This document shows positions 45,500-54,776 of a stretch of DNA of 64,000 nt, piece by piece. A program made the translations under genes and the position numbers. Positions within the stretch are counted from its first letter, which is position 1; each line of letters begins with the position of its first letter. Source of the DNA: Gemmatimonadaceae bacterium. GTDB lineage: Bacteria > Gemmatimonadota > Gemmatimonadetes > Gemmatimonadales > Gemmatimonadaceae. The stretch is taken from assembly GCA_036393195.1 (NCBI GenBank), contig DASVWN010000024.1:6880-70879 (forward strand), read 5' to 3'. The notes under the pieces were generated by a model. That model did no database searches and was not told the DNA's origin. It saw only the letters and a list, made by a program, of their open reading frames with translations.

Positions 45500-46477
45500 T
45501 TACGAGAGACACGTCGCCGTACGTGCCCCCAGCGCGTGGCGCATCAGATACAGGTTCGCGAGCGCGAAGGCGGCGTAGACCCGCGCCGTGTTCTTGGCCA
45601 GCCCTCGGTAGCGCACCTTCGTGAAGCCCCAGAGCGTCTTCACCACATGAAACGCGTGCTCGCCGCGCGCGCGCACCCGCGAGCGTGCCCGATTGATCCG
45701 CCGCCAGCGCTCGGAGAGGGGCCGTTGTTTCGTCGGGCGGCGGTTGACCCGGTAGCGCAGGCCGGCCGCCTCCGCGTGAGCGCGGTCCGGTTCCGACCAG
45801 TAGGCCTGATCCCCATAGAGCGCGCGCTCCACCCCGTGCAGCAAGGCCGGCAGTTGGCTGATGTCGGCCGCCGCCGCATGGGTCGTCGTGAGCGAGTGGA
45901 CCACGCCGCGGCGATCCGTCCCCACGTGCACCTTCATCCCGAAGTGCCAGGTCTTGCCCTTCTTCGCCTGCCGCATCTCGGGATCGCGCGTCCCCGTGGT
46001 GTTCTTCGTCGAACTCGGCGCCTGGAGGATGGTCGCATCCACGATCGTGCCCGCCGTGAGGAGCAGCCCTTGGGCCTCCAGCCGCGCGCGCACCACGGCG
46101 AAGAGCTGCTCGGTGAGCCGGTGCTGCTCGAGCAGATGGCGGAAGCGCAGGATCGTCGTCTCGTCCGGGATCGCGTCCTCGACGAGTTCCACACCCACGA
46201 AGCGGCGCATGGCCTCGCTGTCATAGAGCGCATCCTCCGCCGCCGGATCCGAGAGGTCGAACCAGTGCTGGAGAAAGTAGATCCGCAGCATGGTCTCAAC
46301 CGCCATCGGCGGGCGTCCGCTCCGATGCCGGCGGCGCGTCGGGTAGTAGGGCGCGATGACGGCCACGAATTCGGCCCAGGGAATGACGGCGTTCATGTCG
46401 GCGAGGAACCGCTCGCGCCGGGTCACCTTCTTCTTCGCCGTCCAGGCCAGTCCCGCAAACGTGCGCTGCTCGCTCAT
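45500..46477 (-). CDS. IS5-family DDE transposase
   Basis: ATG at 46477 (MSEQRTFAGLAWTAKKKVTRRERFLADM...), 325 aa. Typical IS5 blocks MLRIYFLQHWFDLSDP, IVDATIL, GDQAYW, VEHAF-like GEHAFHVVKTLWGFTKVRYRGLAKN. Confidence 0.9.
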   Translation of the reverse strand: MSEQRTFAGLAWTAKKKVTRRERFLADMNAVIPWAEFVAVIAPYYPTRRRHRSGRPPMAVETMLRIYFLQHWFDLSDPAAEDALYDSEAMRRFVGVELVEDAIPDETTILRFRHLLEQHRLTEQLFAVVRARLEAQGLLLTAGTIVDATILQAPSSTKNTTGTRDPEMRQAKKGKTWHFGMKVHVGTDRRGVVHSLTTTHAAAADISQLPALLHGVERALYGDQAYWSEPDRAHAEAAGLRYRVNRRPTKQRPLSERWRRINRARSRVRARGEHAFHVVKTLWGFTKVRYRGLAKNTARVYAAFALANLYLMRHALGARTATCLS

Positions 46478-46554
46478 GCTCCGCTGCTCCCGAGTGAAGA
46501 GGACCCATCGCTCGGACGCGCAATACCGCACTTTTCATCCCACACGGCAAGAGG

Positions 46555-46572
46555 CAATTTTGCAGAGCTTCC
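46555..46572. repeat. IS5 terminal inverted repeat (transposase-proximal end)
   Basis: The reverse complement reads GGAAGCTCTGCAAAATTG. Confidence 0.7.
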
Positions 46573-46575
46573 CTA

Positions 46576-46643
46576 GGGGCTGCCCCATGGGCTGCCCCCA
46601 GGTGGCGTCGGTGCAACGAAGGGGCTGCCCCATGGGCTGCCCC
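46576..46643. repeat. two direct copies of a 23-nt GC-only palindromic element (GGGGCTGCCCCATGGGCTGCCCC)
   Basis: Identical 23-mers at 46576-46598 and 46621-46643. Each can fold as a 5+4 bp GC stem with one A/A (or T/T) mismatch and a 3-nt loop. Related copies at 60784-60804 and 63690-63710. Confidence 0.6.
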
Positions 46644-46649
46644 TCGGCC

Positions 46650-49148
46650 TCACGGCGGCGGCAGCCGCGACAGCGCGAATTGCACCGCGAGATCGGTCGT
46701 GCTCCAGAGCTGAACGTCCGAGGCCGTGCCATAGCGCATGGGCAGCAACCGCCCGTTCCGGATCTGATAGCTCCAGAGCTCGTTGTGCTCGAGGTGCGAT
46801 GCCGTGACAGCACTCCGCACGCGCTCGAGTGCCGCACGCAGCGCCTCCACGTATGACGCGACTGCCGGACTGGTGAGCCTCCCGGAGCCGTCGTACGCGG
46901 CCGCGATCTGATCCGCGACACCAAGGAGAAAGAGATTCACCTCACGTCCCCAGACGACGCGCGGCGAATGGTAGGCGTCGTCGCGAAACGCATCCCACAC
47001 CGCTCGCGATGCATACGCATCGTTGGCCACGACGGGTCCCAGTCCGCTCACGAACAGGCCGACAGGATAGGCCCGCACGAACGGCTGCACCTCGCGCAGC
47101 ACATCAGCCGGTTGTTCGGTACCTCGCAGAATTCGGCCGGTCTGATCGGTCAGGAACAGATCGGTTGCCGGATCAGTGTTGGCCACTTGAATCGGCCGGC
47201 CATTCTCGTCCAGCGAGAGCGCGAGAAACACGACGGAATCCCGCACTTCATGCGCCTGAAGCATGACCCGATTCCAGTACTCCCGTTCGGCATCCGGCAG
47301 CCAGGCAAGCCTGGCGTCGATGTCGCGCGCGGCTGCGGCGGAATCCAGCGCAACCGTGAACCAGCGGCGCGCACCCTGCCAGGTGACAATCGCCGCCTCG
47401 AGCGAGGTGGAGTCGCGCATCCACTCCCCGAGCGCCGAGCGCGTGATGCCGGGCGCGATGGAGTCGAGCGCGTCATTCGTAAGCCCCAGTCCACGAAGCG
47501 ACGACAGGATTCCGGCAATGGAGCGCAGCGCGCAGGGCGCCCAGATCGCGTTGATGTCCATGGCGTATCGCCCATTGGCATAGCCGGCGTTGCTGTCGCG
47601 CCAGCTCGCAGATTGCCAGTGCGTCGAGTCGCGTTTGACAAAGCCCACGAGACTCCTGGCAACCGGATTCCGGGCGTAGGGCTGCATCTCGCTGGCCACG
47701 AGCGCCATTTCGCGCAGCATGAGCGCGACGTGCGACGTCCCGCCACTCGTGCTGTCGAAGAGGAAAGCCCGCTTCTCCGCGGCGCTCACCGTGGAGTCGG
47801 CGAGGTAGCGCGCCTCCAGCACGGGCAGTTGAAACTCGTCGTCCATCATGTGGTAGTTCTCGCGCGTACGGCGCAGGTCGTGCAGCACCGCCCGCGCCGC
47901 CACGAGACTGCTGTCCGCGCGCGCAGAGTCGGCGCGTCGCGCGCGCTGGAAATACTCGGCAATGAGCACGTTGTACGCCGCCGCATTCTCGCGAATTGCC
48001 TGTTCGCCCAGCGCCTCCTCGTGCGACACGTCACCGGCCGGCCCGAGCTTGCCCAGGACGCTCGCGATCACGCGCTCGGACATGACCGGCGTCCAGATCG
48101 CGCGCATCATGAGGGCGGTCATGAGCCCATCGCGACCAAAGTACGTCGCGAAGTTGGGGAGGCCAGCCATGAGCTTCTCCCTCGAGCTGAGCAGCTCGAC
48201 GCTCAGTACCTCGCGCTCCAGCCGGCGCGCGCGCGTCACGACGGCCGTATCCGTCGCGGTGCTGGCCGTCGTGGCATGGGCGAGATACGACAGGAAGGCC
48301 GCATTGAATATCTCGTCTCGCGTGAGCGGCGTGAGTGCCGCGCCGTCGGTGCTCACCCGGACGGTCAAGTGTACGCTGCGCCCCGAACGCGAGCGAACCG
48401 TCACCGTGCGTCCGGCGATGCGTACGTCCAGCTGTCGCGCATCGCCGCTGACGTCGAGACGCAGATGACTGCGGCCGTCCAGCGCGAGATGATCGAGCCG
48501 GACGGTCCACGCACTGCCGGATCGCAGGACGACCGGCCTTTCCCTGAGTCGTGCACGGAGTGCCGCCATGTGGTGTGCATCAAGCATGGCGAGCTCGCGC
48601 TCTCGTTCGGCCGCCGGAAGCCGCGCGATGTTCGCGACCAGCGCGGACTCGGGGGCGATCACGTACGGCCGTGCACTGAACGGACGAAGGTGCGCGTGCG
48701 CGTACTGGAAGTCGCGTTCCACGCGCATGGTACCGAGCAGAAACCAGCCCAGCGTGACACTCGGTGTCGTGGCGTCGAGCCCATACGTGATGCGCCGCGT
48801 GCCGCCGGAATCCGTGACGATTGCGCTGTCCCCCGCCCAGTCGAGCGGCGCTGCACGCCCGCTGGCATCTCGCACCGTGAAGGCCGCGCTCTCGTCGAGC
48901 GCGTCCGCCCACAACAGCACGACCCGGCCATCGCGCGGACCGAGGTAGATCTGGACGGTGTTCCCCTTCGAGTCCCGGTAGAGTCGCGTCTTGTAGCCCT
49001 GATACGCGGCGGTGTCATCGAGACCCGCCTCGGGGAAATGGAGCACCGGGCCCACACGCCGGGGTCGCGGCGACAACGGCCGCGGGGGCGGCGCGGCGCC
49101 GGGCAGCGCCTGCAGCATGAGTGCCAGCGCGAACAATGGGAGAGTCAT
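46650..49148 (-). CDS. secreted protein with amylo-alpha-1,6-glucosidase (GDE_C)-like (alpha/alpha)6 domain
   Basis: 832 aa. Start overlaps the GH65 stop (ATGA). Signal MTLPLFALALMLQALPG. GLPNFATYFGRDGLMTALMM matches the GDE_C AGxPWFxTxFGRDxLIxL block. The rest is unassigned. Confidence 0.55.
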   Translation of the reverse strand: MTLPLFALALMLQALPGAAPPPRPLSPRPRRVGPVLHFPEAGLDDTAAYQGYKTRLYRDSKGNTVQIYLGPRDGRVVLLWADALDESAAFTVRDASGRAAPLDWAGDSAIVTDSGGTRRITYGLDATTPSVTLGWFLLGTMRVERDFQYAHAHLRPFSARPYVIAPESALVANIARLPAAERERELAMLDAHHMAALRARLRERPVVLRSGSAWTVRLDHLALDGRSHLRLDVSGDARQLDVRIAGRTVTVRSRSGRSVHLTVRVSTDGAALTPLTRDEIFNAAFLSYLAHATTASTATDTAVVTRARRLEREVLSVELLSSREKLMAGLPNFATYFGRDGLMTALMMRAIWTPVMSERVIASVLGKLGPAGDVSHEEALGEQAIRENAAAYNVLIAEYFQRARRADSARADSSLVAARAVLHDLRRTRENYHMMDDEFQLPVLEARYLADSTVSAAEKRAFLFDSTSGGTSHVALMLREMALVASEMQPYARNPVARSLVGFVKRDSTHWQSASWRDSNAGYANGRYAMDINAIWAPCALRSIAGILSSLRGLGLTNDALDSIAPGITRSALGEWMRDSTSLEAAIVTWQGARRWFTVALDSAAAARDIDARLAWLPDAEREYWNRVMLQAHEVRDSVVFLALSLDENGRPIQVANTDPATDLFLTDQTGRILRGTEQPADVLREVQPFVRAYPVGLFVSGLGPVVANDAYASRAVWDAFRDDAYHSPRVVWGREVNLFLLGVADQIAAAYDGSGRLTSPAVASYVEALRAALERVRSAVTASHLEHNELWSYQIRNGRLLPMRYGTASDVQLWSTTDLAVQFALSRLPPP

Positions 49149-51358
49149 CGGACAGATGGGTCGGCATGCGGCAGAACGTGACGCCCGGTGGCATCCACCA
49201 CGACATCATACAACTTGCCGCGCACGTGCAGCGCATGCAGGACCAGTCGCGTGATGTGCGATGGCAGCACCGGCGGGAATTGCGCATCCAGTCCTGACGT
49301 GTCGAGCCGAAGCCCCGTGTAGCCGAAGATCACCTGCTGCAGAAAGCCGCCCGCGCCCGTGAGGAAGTTTACCGCGTTGTTCGTCGGCGTTTCCGACAGC
49401 ATGAGAAACGGGCCGCGCAGGTGACCCTGGTAACTGTACGGCAGCAGGGAATCCACCAGCGCGCGGTCGCCCAGCTCCGCCGCATTCACCGACAGCAGGG
49501 TGATGCCCATCATGGCGCCCGAAGCTTCCTCGCTGAGGCGACGCACGGCCTGCTCCAATGCGCTGCGCCTGGCGCGATCGCTCATGGGGACCGCGAGCGG
49601 ATAGCTGAGCAGCGGCGTAATCACGCCGAGCGTGGAATCCGGCGCGCCTTCATAGGTGCGAAAGAACTGACTCGCCGTATCGAATGGCAGATGCAGCTTG
49701 GCCGCCACCATGGCCCAGCGCGGATCAGCGTGGACGCCAAGCTGTGCGCTCGCGGCGGTCGCGATCTGCAGATTGCGCCGCGCGACGGCATTCGTGTACG
49801 CGTCGTCCGTGACGCCCACCAGTCCCTCGGCAACGGATACGACGTCCCGAATGTCGTAGCGATCCCGTGCGGCATCGTACGTGGCACGGCTCACCCAGAA
49901 GTTGGCGGTTGCGCGGATCACCGGAAATCCCTCGCGCGCGAGCCACGCAGAATCGCCGGTGGCCAGGTAGTACTGCCACTGCGCGAGCGCGACATCGCCC
50001 GTCACATGGATTTCCGAATGGGCATTCTGCGAAGCAAAGCGTGGTGTGGTCTCGTGGCCCAGCTCGTCCGATTCCCAGGGATACATCGCGCCCCGAAAAC
50101 CGTTGACGCGTGCGTTGGCTTCCGCGGCCTGGAGCGCGTGCGCGCGAAAGGCGACGAGCGAGTGTGCGACCGCGGGGTGCGTGAGCAGCAGCGCGGGCAA
50201 CATCCAGGTGTCGGAGTCCCAGAAGACATGGCCGTAATATCCGGCGCTGGACAATCCCATGGGAGGAATGGCGAGCGCGGTGCCGGAGTCGGCACTGCAC
50301 AGGAGATCGAACAGCATGGAGCGTACGACGCGCTGGAGCGCCGGGTCGCCATCGATCTCGATGTCGGTGTTCCAGAGCCGGCGCCACGCGGCGGCGCTGC
50401 GCGCGGCGAGCGAATCGAAGCCCAGGGTGCGCGCGGCCGCCGCGTCCTGCGCGGCGCGTGCCGCGGGGTGTAATGCGGTCGTGGACGGCACGATGCTGGC
50501 GATCTCGGTGATCGTGTAGGAGACACCGGCCGACGCGTCAAACGACACCTCCGCCATGGCGCTGTCGCCTCGCGCGACCGTGCGCACGCTCGCGTGAGGC
50601 AGGTCACGCGCCCATGTAACCGTGGCGACCTCGGCGAGCGTCGTGGAACGACCCTCGGGCACGGCGGTCATCACGAGGCGCGCGCCCGCTGCCGTGTGCG
50701 TCGCCGATCGCGCGCGAACGCGCATGTGTCCCGGATACCAGAGCCGCGACGGCCCCCAATCAGGCTCCGCGCGCGTGAGCGTCGCGAGGGCGAGCCGCTC
50801 CGGCGGCGGCCATCCGGCCAGCGCGATGCGAACGCGCACGCGTCCCGGGCTGTGTGGTGACAGCACGAGACGAATGGCCGCACGATCCGGGTCGGCGCGC
50901 GAAATGAAGGTCTCCACGCGCACCGACGTACGCCTGGATCCGTCAATCCAGTCGTAGCCGGTGCGCGCGAGGCCGGAGCGCATGTCGATGACCTGCTGGT
51001 AGCCATCGAGCGTGATCTCCGACAGCGGCGTCGCCGCGAGCCAGTGATCGCCGTCGGACACGTCAATGGCGTTCCACGCGGGCGCGGCGGCGATGCGCGG
51101 TACATCGTCGTCGGCGTGTTCGTACATCCCGGCGATGAGGGAGCGCGACGCGCCGATGCCAAGCGCCGGAATCACCACGCCGGTGTGTCCGTTGCCGATG
51201 AACGGTGATGGCTCGCGCGACGGGTCCGTCGTCGCCAGCAGAAATGTCGAATCCCGCGCGAAGTCGCTCGACGCACGCTGCACTGTGTCCCGCGCGCCCT
51301 GCTGTGCGTGGAGGCGTAACGGTGCAGCGCACACGGCGGCAATCAGAATTGCCGCCAT
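49145..51358 (-). CDS. glycoside hydrolase family 65-like protein, secreted
   Basis: Start chosen at the ATG at 51358 (MAAILIAAVCAAPLRLHAQQ). Catalytic-domain block YYGHVFWDSDTWMLPALLLTHP...AMYPWESDELGHETTP...HVTGDVALAQWQYY. N-terminal beta-sandwich and C-terminal domains are present. Confidence 0.8.
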   Translation of the reverse strand: MAAILIAAVCAAPLRLHAQQGARDTVQRASSDFARDSTFLLATTDPSREPSPFIGNGHTGVVIPALGIGASRSLIAGMYEHADDDVPRIAAAPAWNAIDVSDGDHWLAATPLSEITLDGYQQVIDMRSGLARTGYDWIDGSRRTSVRVETFISRADPDRAAIRLVLSPHSPGRVRVRIALAGWPPPERLALATLTRAEPDWGPSRLWYPGHMRVRARSATHTAAGARLVMTAVPEGRSTTLAEVATVTWARDLPHASVRTVARGDSAMAEVSFDASAGVSYTITEIASIVPSTTALHPAARAAQDAAAARTLGFDSLAARSAAAWRRLWNTDIEIDGDPALQRVVRSMLFDLLCSADSGTALAIPPMGLSSAGYYGHVFWDSDTWMLPALLLTHPAVAHSLVAFRAHALQAAEANARVNGFRGAMYPWESDELGHETTPRFASQNAHSEIHVTGDVALAQWQYYLATGDSAWLAREGFPVIRATANFWVSRATYDAARDRYDIRDVVSVAEGLVGVTDDAYTNAVARRNLQIATAASAQLGVHADPRWAMVAAKLHLPFDTASQFFRTYEGAPDSTLGVITPLLSYPLAVPMSDRARRSALEQAVRRLSEEASGAMMGITLLSVNAAELGDRALVDSLLPYSYQGHLRGPFLMLSETPTNNAVNFLTGAGGFLQQVIFGYTGLRLDTSGLDAQFPPVLPSHITRLVLHALHVRGKLYDVVVDATGRHVLPHADPSVR

Positions 51359-51439
51359 GCAGCGTCTCACGGGCCGCGACCCAGGCGCGGGCGGCGGGCC
51401 TGTTGCGACCCGCCGCCCGTGCACGGCGAACACCGCCAC

Positions 51440-54169
51440 TCAGCGCGGTGCCTGTGGCTCTCCCTGCGACCCGAAATCGTAACGCATGGATACCTCGAAG
51501 CGACGCGGCAGGATCGGACGCGCCAGGAAGATCCCGGTGCCGCCTGTCGTCTGCAGTCGCGGATTTCCCTCTTCCAGTCCCTCGTCCATGAAGGCGTTGA
51601 GGAGATTGAGATTGACCGTGAGGCCCTGGTTCGGCATGAGATACGACAACCCGTAGTTGAAGTAGCTGTACGCCGGCAACGCCGTGCCGACGGTCACGTC
51701 CACGAATCGTGAACCCACCCAGTGCCAGTCCGCCGTTGCGCGGAGCCGCTGCGCAAAGGTGTACGACCCCGAGAGATTGCCGATGGAGGCGGGAACACCA
51801 TTGAGTCGGCTGCCGATGTCGGCACCGGCTCCCGACCCGAGCTCCGCGCGCAGGAACGTGCCGCTGCCCAGCAGCTGAAGTCCGGGAATCGGATTCGCGA
51901 GCAGCTCGAGTTCCACGCCGTACGACTTGTTCTCCGGCGACGTCACGATGATCCATGACGATGCGCCGGTGGTGGAATCAATGACGAGGCCCTGACTGAT
52001 GATGTTCTTGAGCAAGGTATAGAAGCCGTCCACGGTGAACCCGATCGGCCCCGCGACGCCCTTCACGCCGCCTTCGACGGACCGCACGACGCGCGATGCG
52101 AACAGGTCGATCTGCTGCTGTGCCTGCGCCTGGAGAAACTCATCCAGCGCGGGCATCTTGTAGCCACGCGACGCCGAGGCATAGAGCGAGAGATTGTCCT
52201 TGAGTGCGTAGTTCAGTCCGAGCGAGCCGGCCCAGTCGGTCATCCCCTTGCTGAAATGCCGGAAGCTGCCGTTCCCCCAGGTCTCATTGTCGTACAGTGT
52301 GTTCGGATTGCCGTCGAGGTCCACCGTGGAGGTGTTCTCCGAACTCTGCACATAGCTGTCGTGCTCGATGCGCGCACCGAGATCGGCGCGGAGGCGGTCG
52401 GTGAGCTGCAGATTGGCGCCCAGCACGCCCGAGAAGACCGACGTCTGTCCCGATCCGTTGGTGTAGCCCGACATGTAGTTGAGGAATCCGTTCTTCGTGA
52501 TCGCGGTCGGCCTGCCGCCGGGCGTGGTGACCACGGCGTCGAGAAACTTCGGATTGTTCGCGACGTCGGTGAGCACCTGCGTGAAGTACCAGTGATTGTC
52601 CTGCGTATAGTTCGCGAAGTACGCACCCGCGGAAATCGTGCTCTTCCCGACTTCCTTGCGAATCTGCAACTGGTCCTGGAACGCCGAGATCGGCTTGGCG
52701 ACGTGAATGTCCTGTCCAGGCGCGACGAGGCCGTTCGGCGTGCTGAAGGGAAGCGGATTGCCCTCGGCGTCGAAGTGGTTCGTGTATGTGAGCTGAATGG
52801 TGCTGCCCGCGGGGAGGCCCAGCGCCGCCTGGCCCTTCGGTCCTGTCACGTAATCCGCAATGGACATCGCGTTCGACGGGACGAGCGCGTTCCATTCCTG
52901 ATTGTCGTGCATGGCCTGCGCGCTGTTTCTCAGGTGCCAATCGTTCGGCAGATCGAACGCCGCATCGGCGGTAAACCACGCCGCATCGGTGCGAAGGCCG
53001 TTGCCCAGCGGCAGCGTGAGCGATCCGTTCGGCGTCGGTACGCTCAGGTCGAGCGCCTCATTCGTGTTCATCGAACCATAGGAGCCGAAGCCCGGCACGA
53101 ATTGCGGATGCGTCGCGTTTTCGAAGGGCAGATCGAGAATGAACTGATTCCGGTCGTTGATGACCTTGGCCGAGAAGCGCACGTAGCCATTGTCGAGCTG
53201 TCGCGTGATGTTGGCCTTGACCTGGCCACCGCGGATGCCGGGGAACCCGGGATCGCGCACGCCGTGATCGTAGCGGTAGAAGCCGCCGACGTTGAAGCGC
53301 CAGTCGTCGCCGATGGGACCGTTCATGTTGAGATCATAGCGCGCCAGTCCCTCGGTGGCGCCGGTCGCAACCATGGTCCCCTGGAACTGATCGCCGCCCG
53401 TCTTGTTGATGAAGTTGACGATGGCGCCCGGCGTGTTCGAGCCGAAGAGCGACGAGCTGCCGCCGCGCACCACTTCCATGCGCTGCACGTTCTCGTCCAT
53501 GCGGAACAGGTTGTCCGCATTCATGAAGAACGTGTGCATCGTGGGGAACACCGGCAGACCGTCCTCCATGAACATCACGTACTCCACGCCCAGGATGCCG
53601 CGCATGGTGATGTTCTCGTTCACTTCACCGCCCGAGCTTTCCACGCGCGTGAAACCGGGCACGTAGCGGAGCATCTCGGTGGTACTGCGCGGCGCCGACT
53701 GCTCGATGACGCGCGGCGTGAGCGTCGTTACCGAGACGCTGGCCTTGAGGTTCTCGGTTGGCGTTGACGTTCCGGTCACGACCACGCTCTGCAGTTGCAG
53801 GGGGTCGTGATTGAGCGTGAAATCCTGCGTCGTGCGCTGGCCCGCCGTGACCGTGACGCTGGCCGAGTCGGGACGGAAGCCGATGAGGCGAATCCGGACG
53901 ATCTGTGTGCCGGCGGGCACTTGCCCAATCACGTACGACCCATCTCCACGCGTGAGCGCGCCGAGGGTGGTCTTGTCAATGAACACCTGGGCGCTCGTCA
54001 CCGGCGCGCCGTGCTCATCCACCACCCGGCCGCCGACGGTGCCGGTCTGGCCGCCGCCCTGCGCCTGGACCGCCGGCAGCGCGATGCAGAGTGCAGTCAG
54101 CATGCCCACCGTCCGGGCGACCGGATGGGCCCACGTACTCCGTACAGGCAAACGCGAGACTGGGTGCAT
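51440..54169 (-). CDS. TonB-dependent receptor with N-terminal carboxypeptidase-regulatory-like domain
   Basis: ATG at 54169 preceded by GGAGGA. Signal ...MLTALCIALPAVQAQ. CarbopepD_reg-like GRVVDEHGAPVTSAQVFIDKT...GSYVIGQVPAGTQIVRIRLIGF. Plug (TTEMLRYVPGF, SSLFGSNTPGAIVNFI). Long beta-barrel. Confidence 0.85.
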   Translation of the reverse strand: MHPVSRLPVRSTWAHPVARTVGMLTALCIALPAVQAQGGGQTGTVGGRVVDEHGAPVTSAQVFIDKTTLGALTRGDGSYVIGQVPAGTQIVRIRLIGFRPDSASVTVTAGQRTTQDFTLNHDPLQLQSVVVTGTSTPTENLKASVSVTTLTPRVIEQSAPRSTTEMLRYVPGFTRVESSGGEVNENITMRGILGVEYVMFMEDGLPVFPTMHTFFMNADNLFRMDENVQRMEVVRGGSSSLFGSNTPGAIVNFINKTGGDQFQGTMVATGATEGLARYDLNMNGPIGDDWRFNVGGFYRYDHGVRDPGFPGIRGGQVKANITRQLDNGYVRFSAKVINDRNQFILDLPFENATHPQFVPGFGSYGSMNTNEALDLSVPTPNGSLTLPLGNGLRTDAAWFTADAAFDLPNDWHLRNSAQAMHDNQEWNALVPSNAMSIADYVTGPKGQAALGLPAGSTIQLTYTNHFDAEGNPLPFSTPNGLVAPGQDIHVAKPISAFQDQLQIRKEVGKSTISAGAYFANYTQDNHWYFTQVLTDVANNPKFLDAVVTTPGGRPTAITKNGFLNYMSGYTNGSGQTSVFSGVLGANLQLTDRLRADLGARIEHDSYVQSSENTSTVDLDGNPNTLYDNETWGNGSFRHFSKGMTDWAGSLGLNYALKDNLSLYASASRGYKMPALDEFLQAQAQQQIDLFASRVVRSVEGGVKGVAGPIGFTVDGFYTLLKNIISQGLVIDSTTGASSWIIVTSPENKSYGVELELLANPIPGLQLLGSGTFLRAELGSGAGADIGSRLNGVPASIGNLSGSYTFAQRLRATADWHWVGSRFVDVTVGTALPAYSYFNYGLSYLMPNQGLTVNLNLLNAFMDEGLEEGNPRLQTTGGTGIFLARPILPRRFEVSMRYDFGSQGEPQAPR

Positions 54170-54776
54170 GGTGAAATCCTCCGTTCTGGGAGTTGCGACC
54201 AACACGGCGCGCCCTGGGGGCGCGCCTGCCGTGGCGCCCGCCGGGCGCGGCGAACGCGTTGCAGTCGATGCGAAGCTTCCGGGGATGGACGGACGGGTGC
54301 GCGAGGGTGTGCGCGTCCAGCGGCGCACGGCGAAACCGGCAGCGCAGCGCGCTCTGAAAAACAGGCGCGCCGGTTCGCGGGATTGAGCATGAAACCGTGA
54401 GTGGATGCACCGATCGCCGTACGCGAGGTAACTGGCGAGCGTGCTGCATACCCAGTGCCGCGGATGTGCAGCGATGTCAGCCCTGGCGCTTCGCCGCACG
54501 CTGCACGCCCCACGTCGCTTGCTGCTCGGTCCGCTTCCGGCTCGATCTGTCACTCCGGCGATACCTCGTTCGACGCCGGAGCAGGGCCGGTGCTCACACT
54601 GCGGCATCGGGGACAGAGCGCCCAGCACGCAACGGTGCATCAACGAGGAGAGACGACAATGCCACAGGCATCAGTAGTCGATAGTGTCGCATCGCCGGGC
54701 TGCGTCGCGCGTGCGGACGTGGGCCGTGTGGTCGGCGGCCTTCCGTCGGCAGGCGCGCCGTGCGTATACTCGCCGC

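Larger units (their letters stand above)
45367..46572 (-). mobile_element. intact IS5-family insertion sequence (1206 bp) flanked by a 4-bp CTAG target-site duplication
   Basis: Single DDE transposase ORF. 18-bp imperfect terminal inverted repeats beginning GGAAGCTCTG (15/18 identical). CTAG at 45363-45366 and 46573-46576. Confidence 0.85.

Noticed and set aside
51440-54643. N-terminal extension (158 codons) of the TonB-receptor ORF. Similar long 5' extensions occur on other ORFs: 973-2586, 26843-31147, 35419-37095, 39159-41375, 41878-43644, 58914-60740 and 62448-63839.
   Set aside because: The extensions lack signal peptides, are Arg/Pro/Ala-rich, overlap neighbouring genes or control regions, and have internal ATG/GTG codons with SD-like sites followed by proper signal peptides. 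I moved the starts accordingly.
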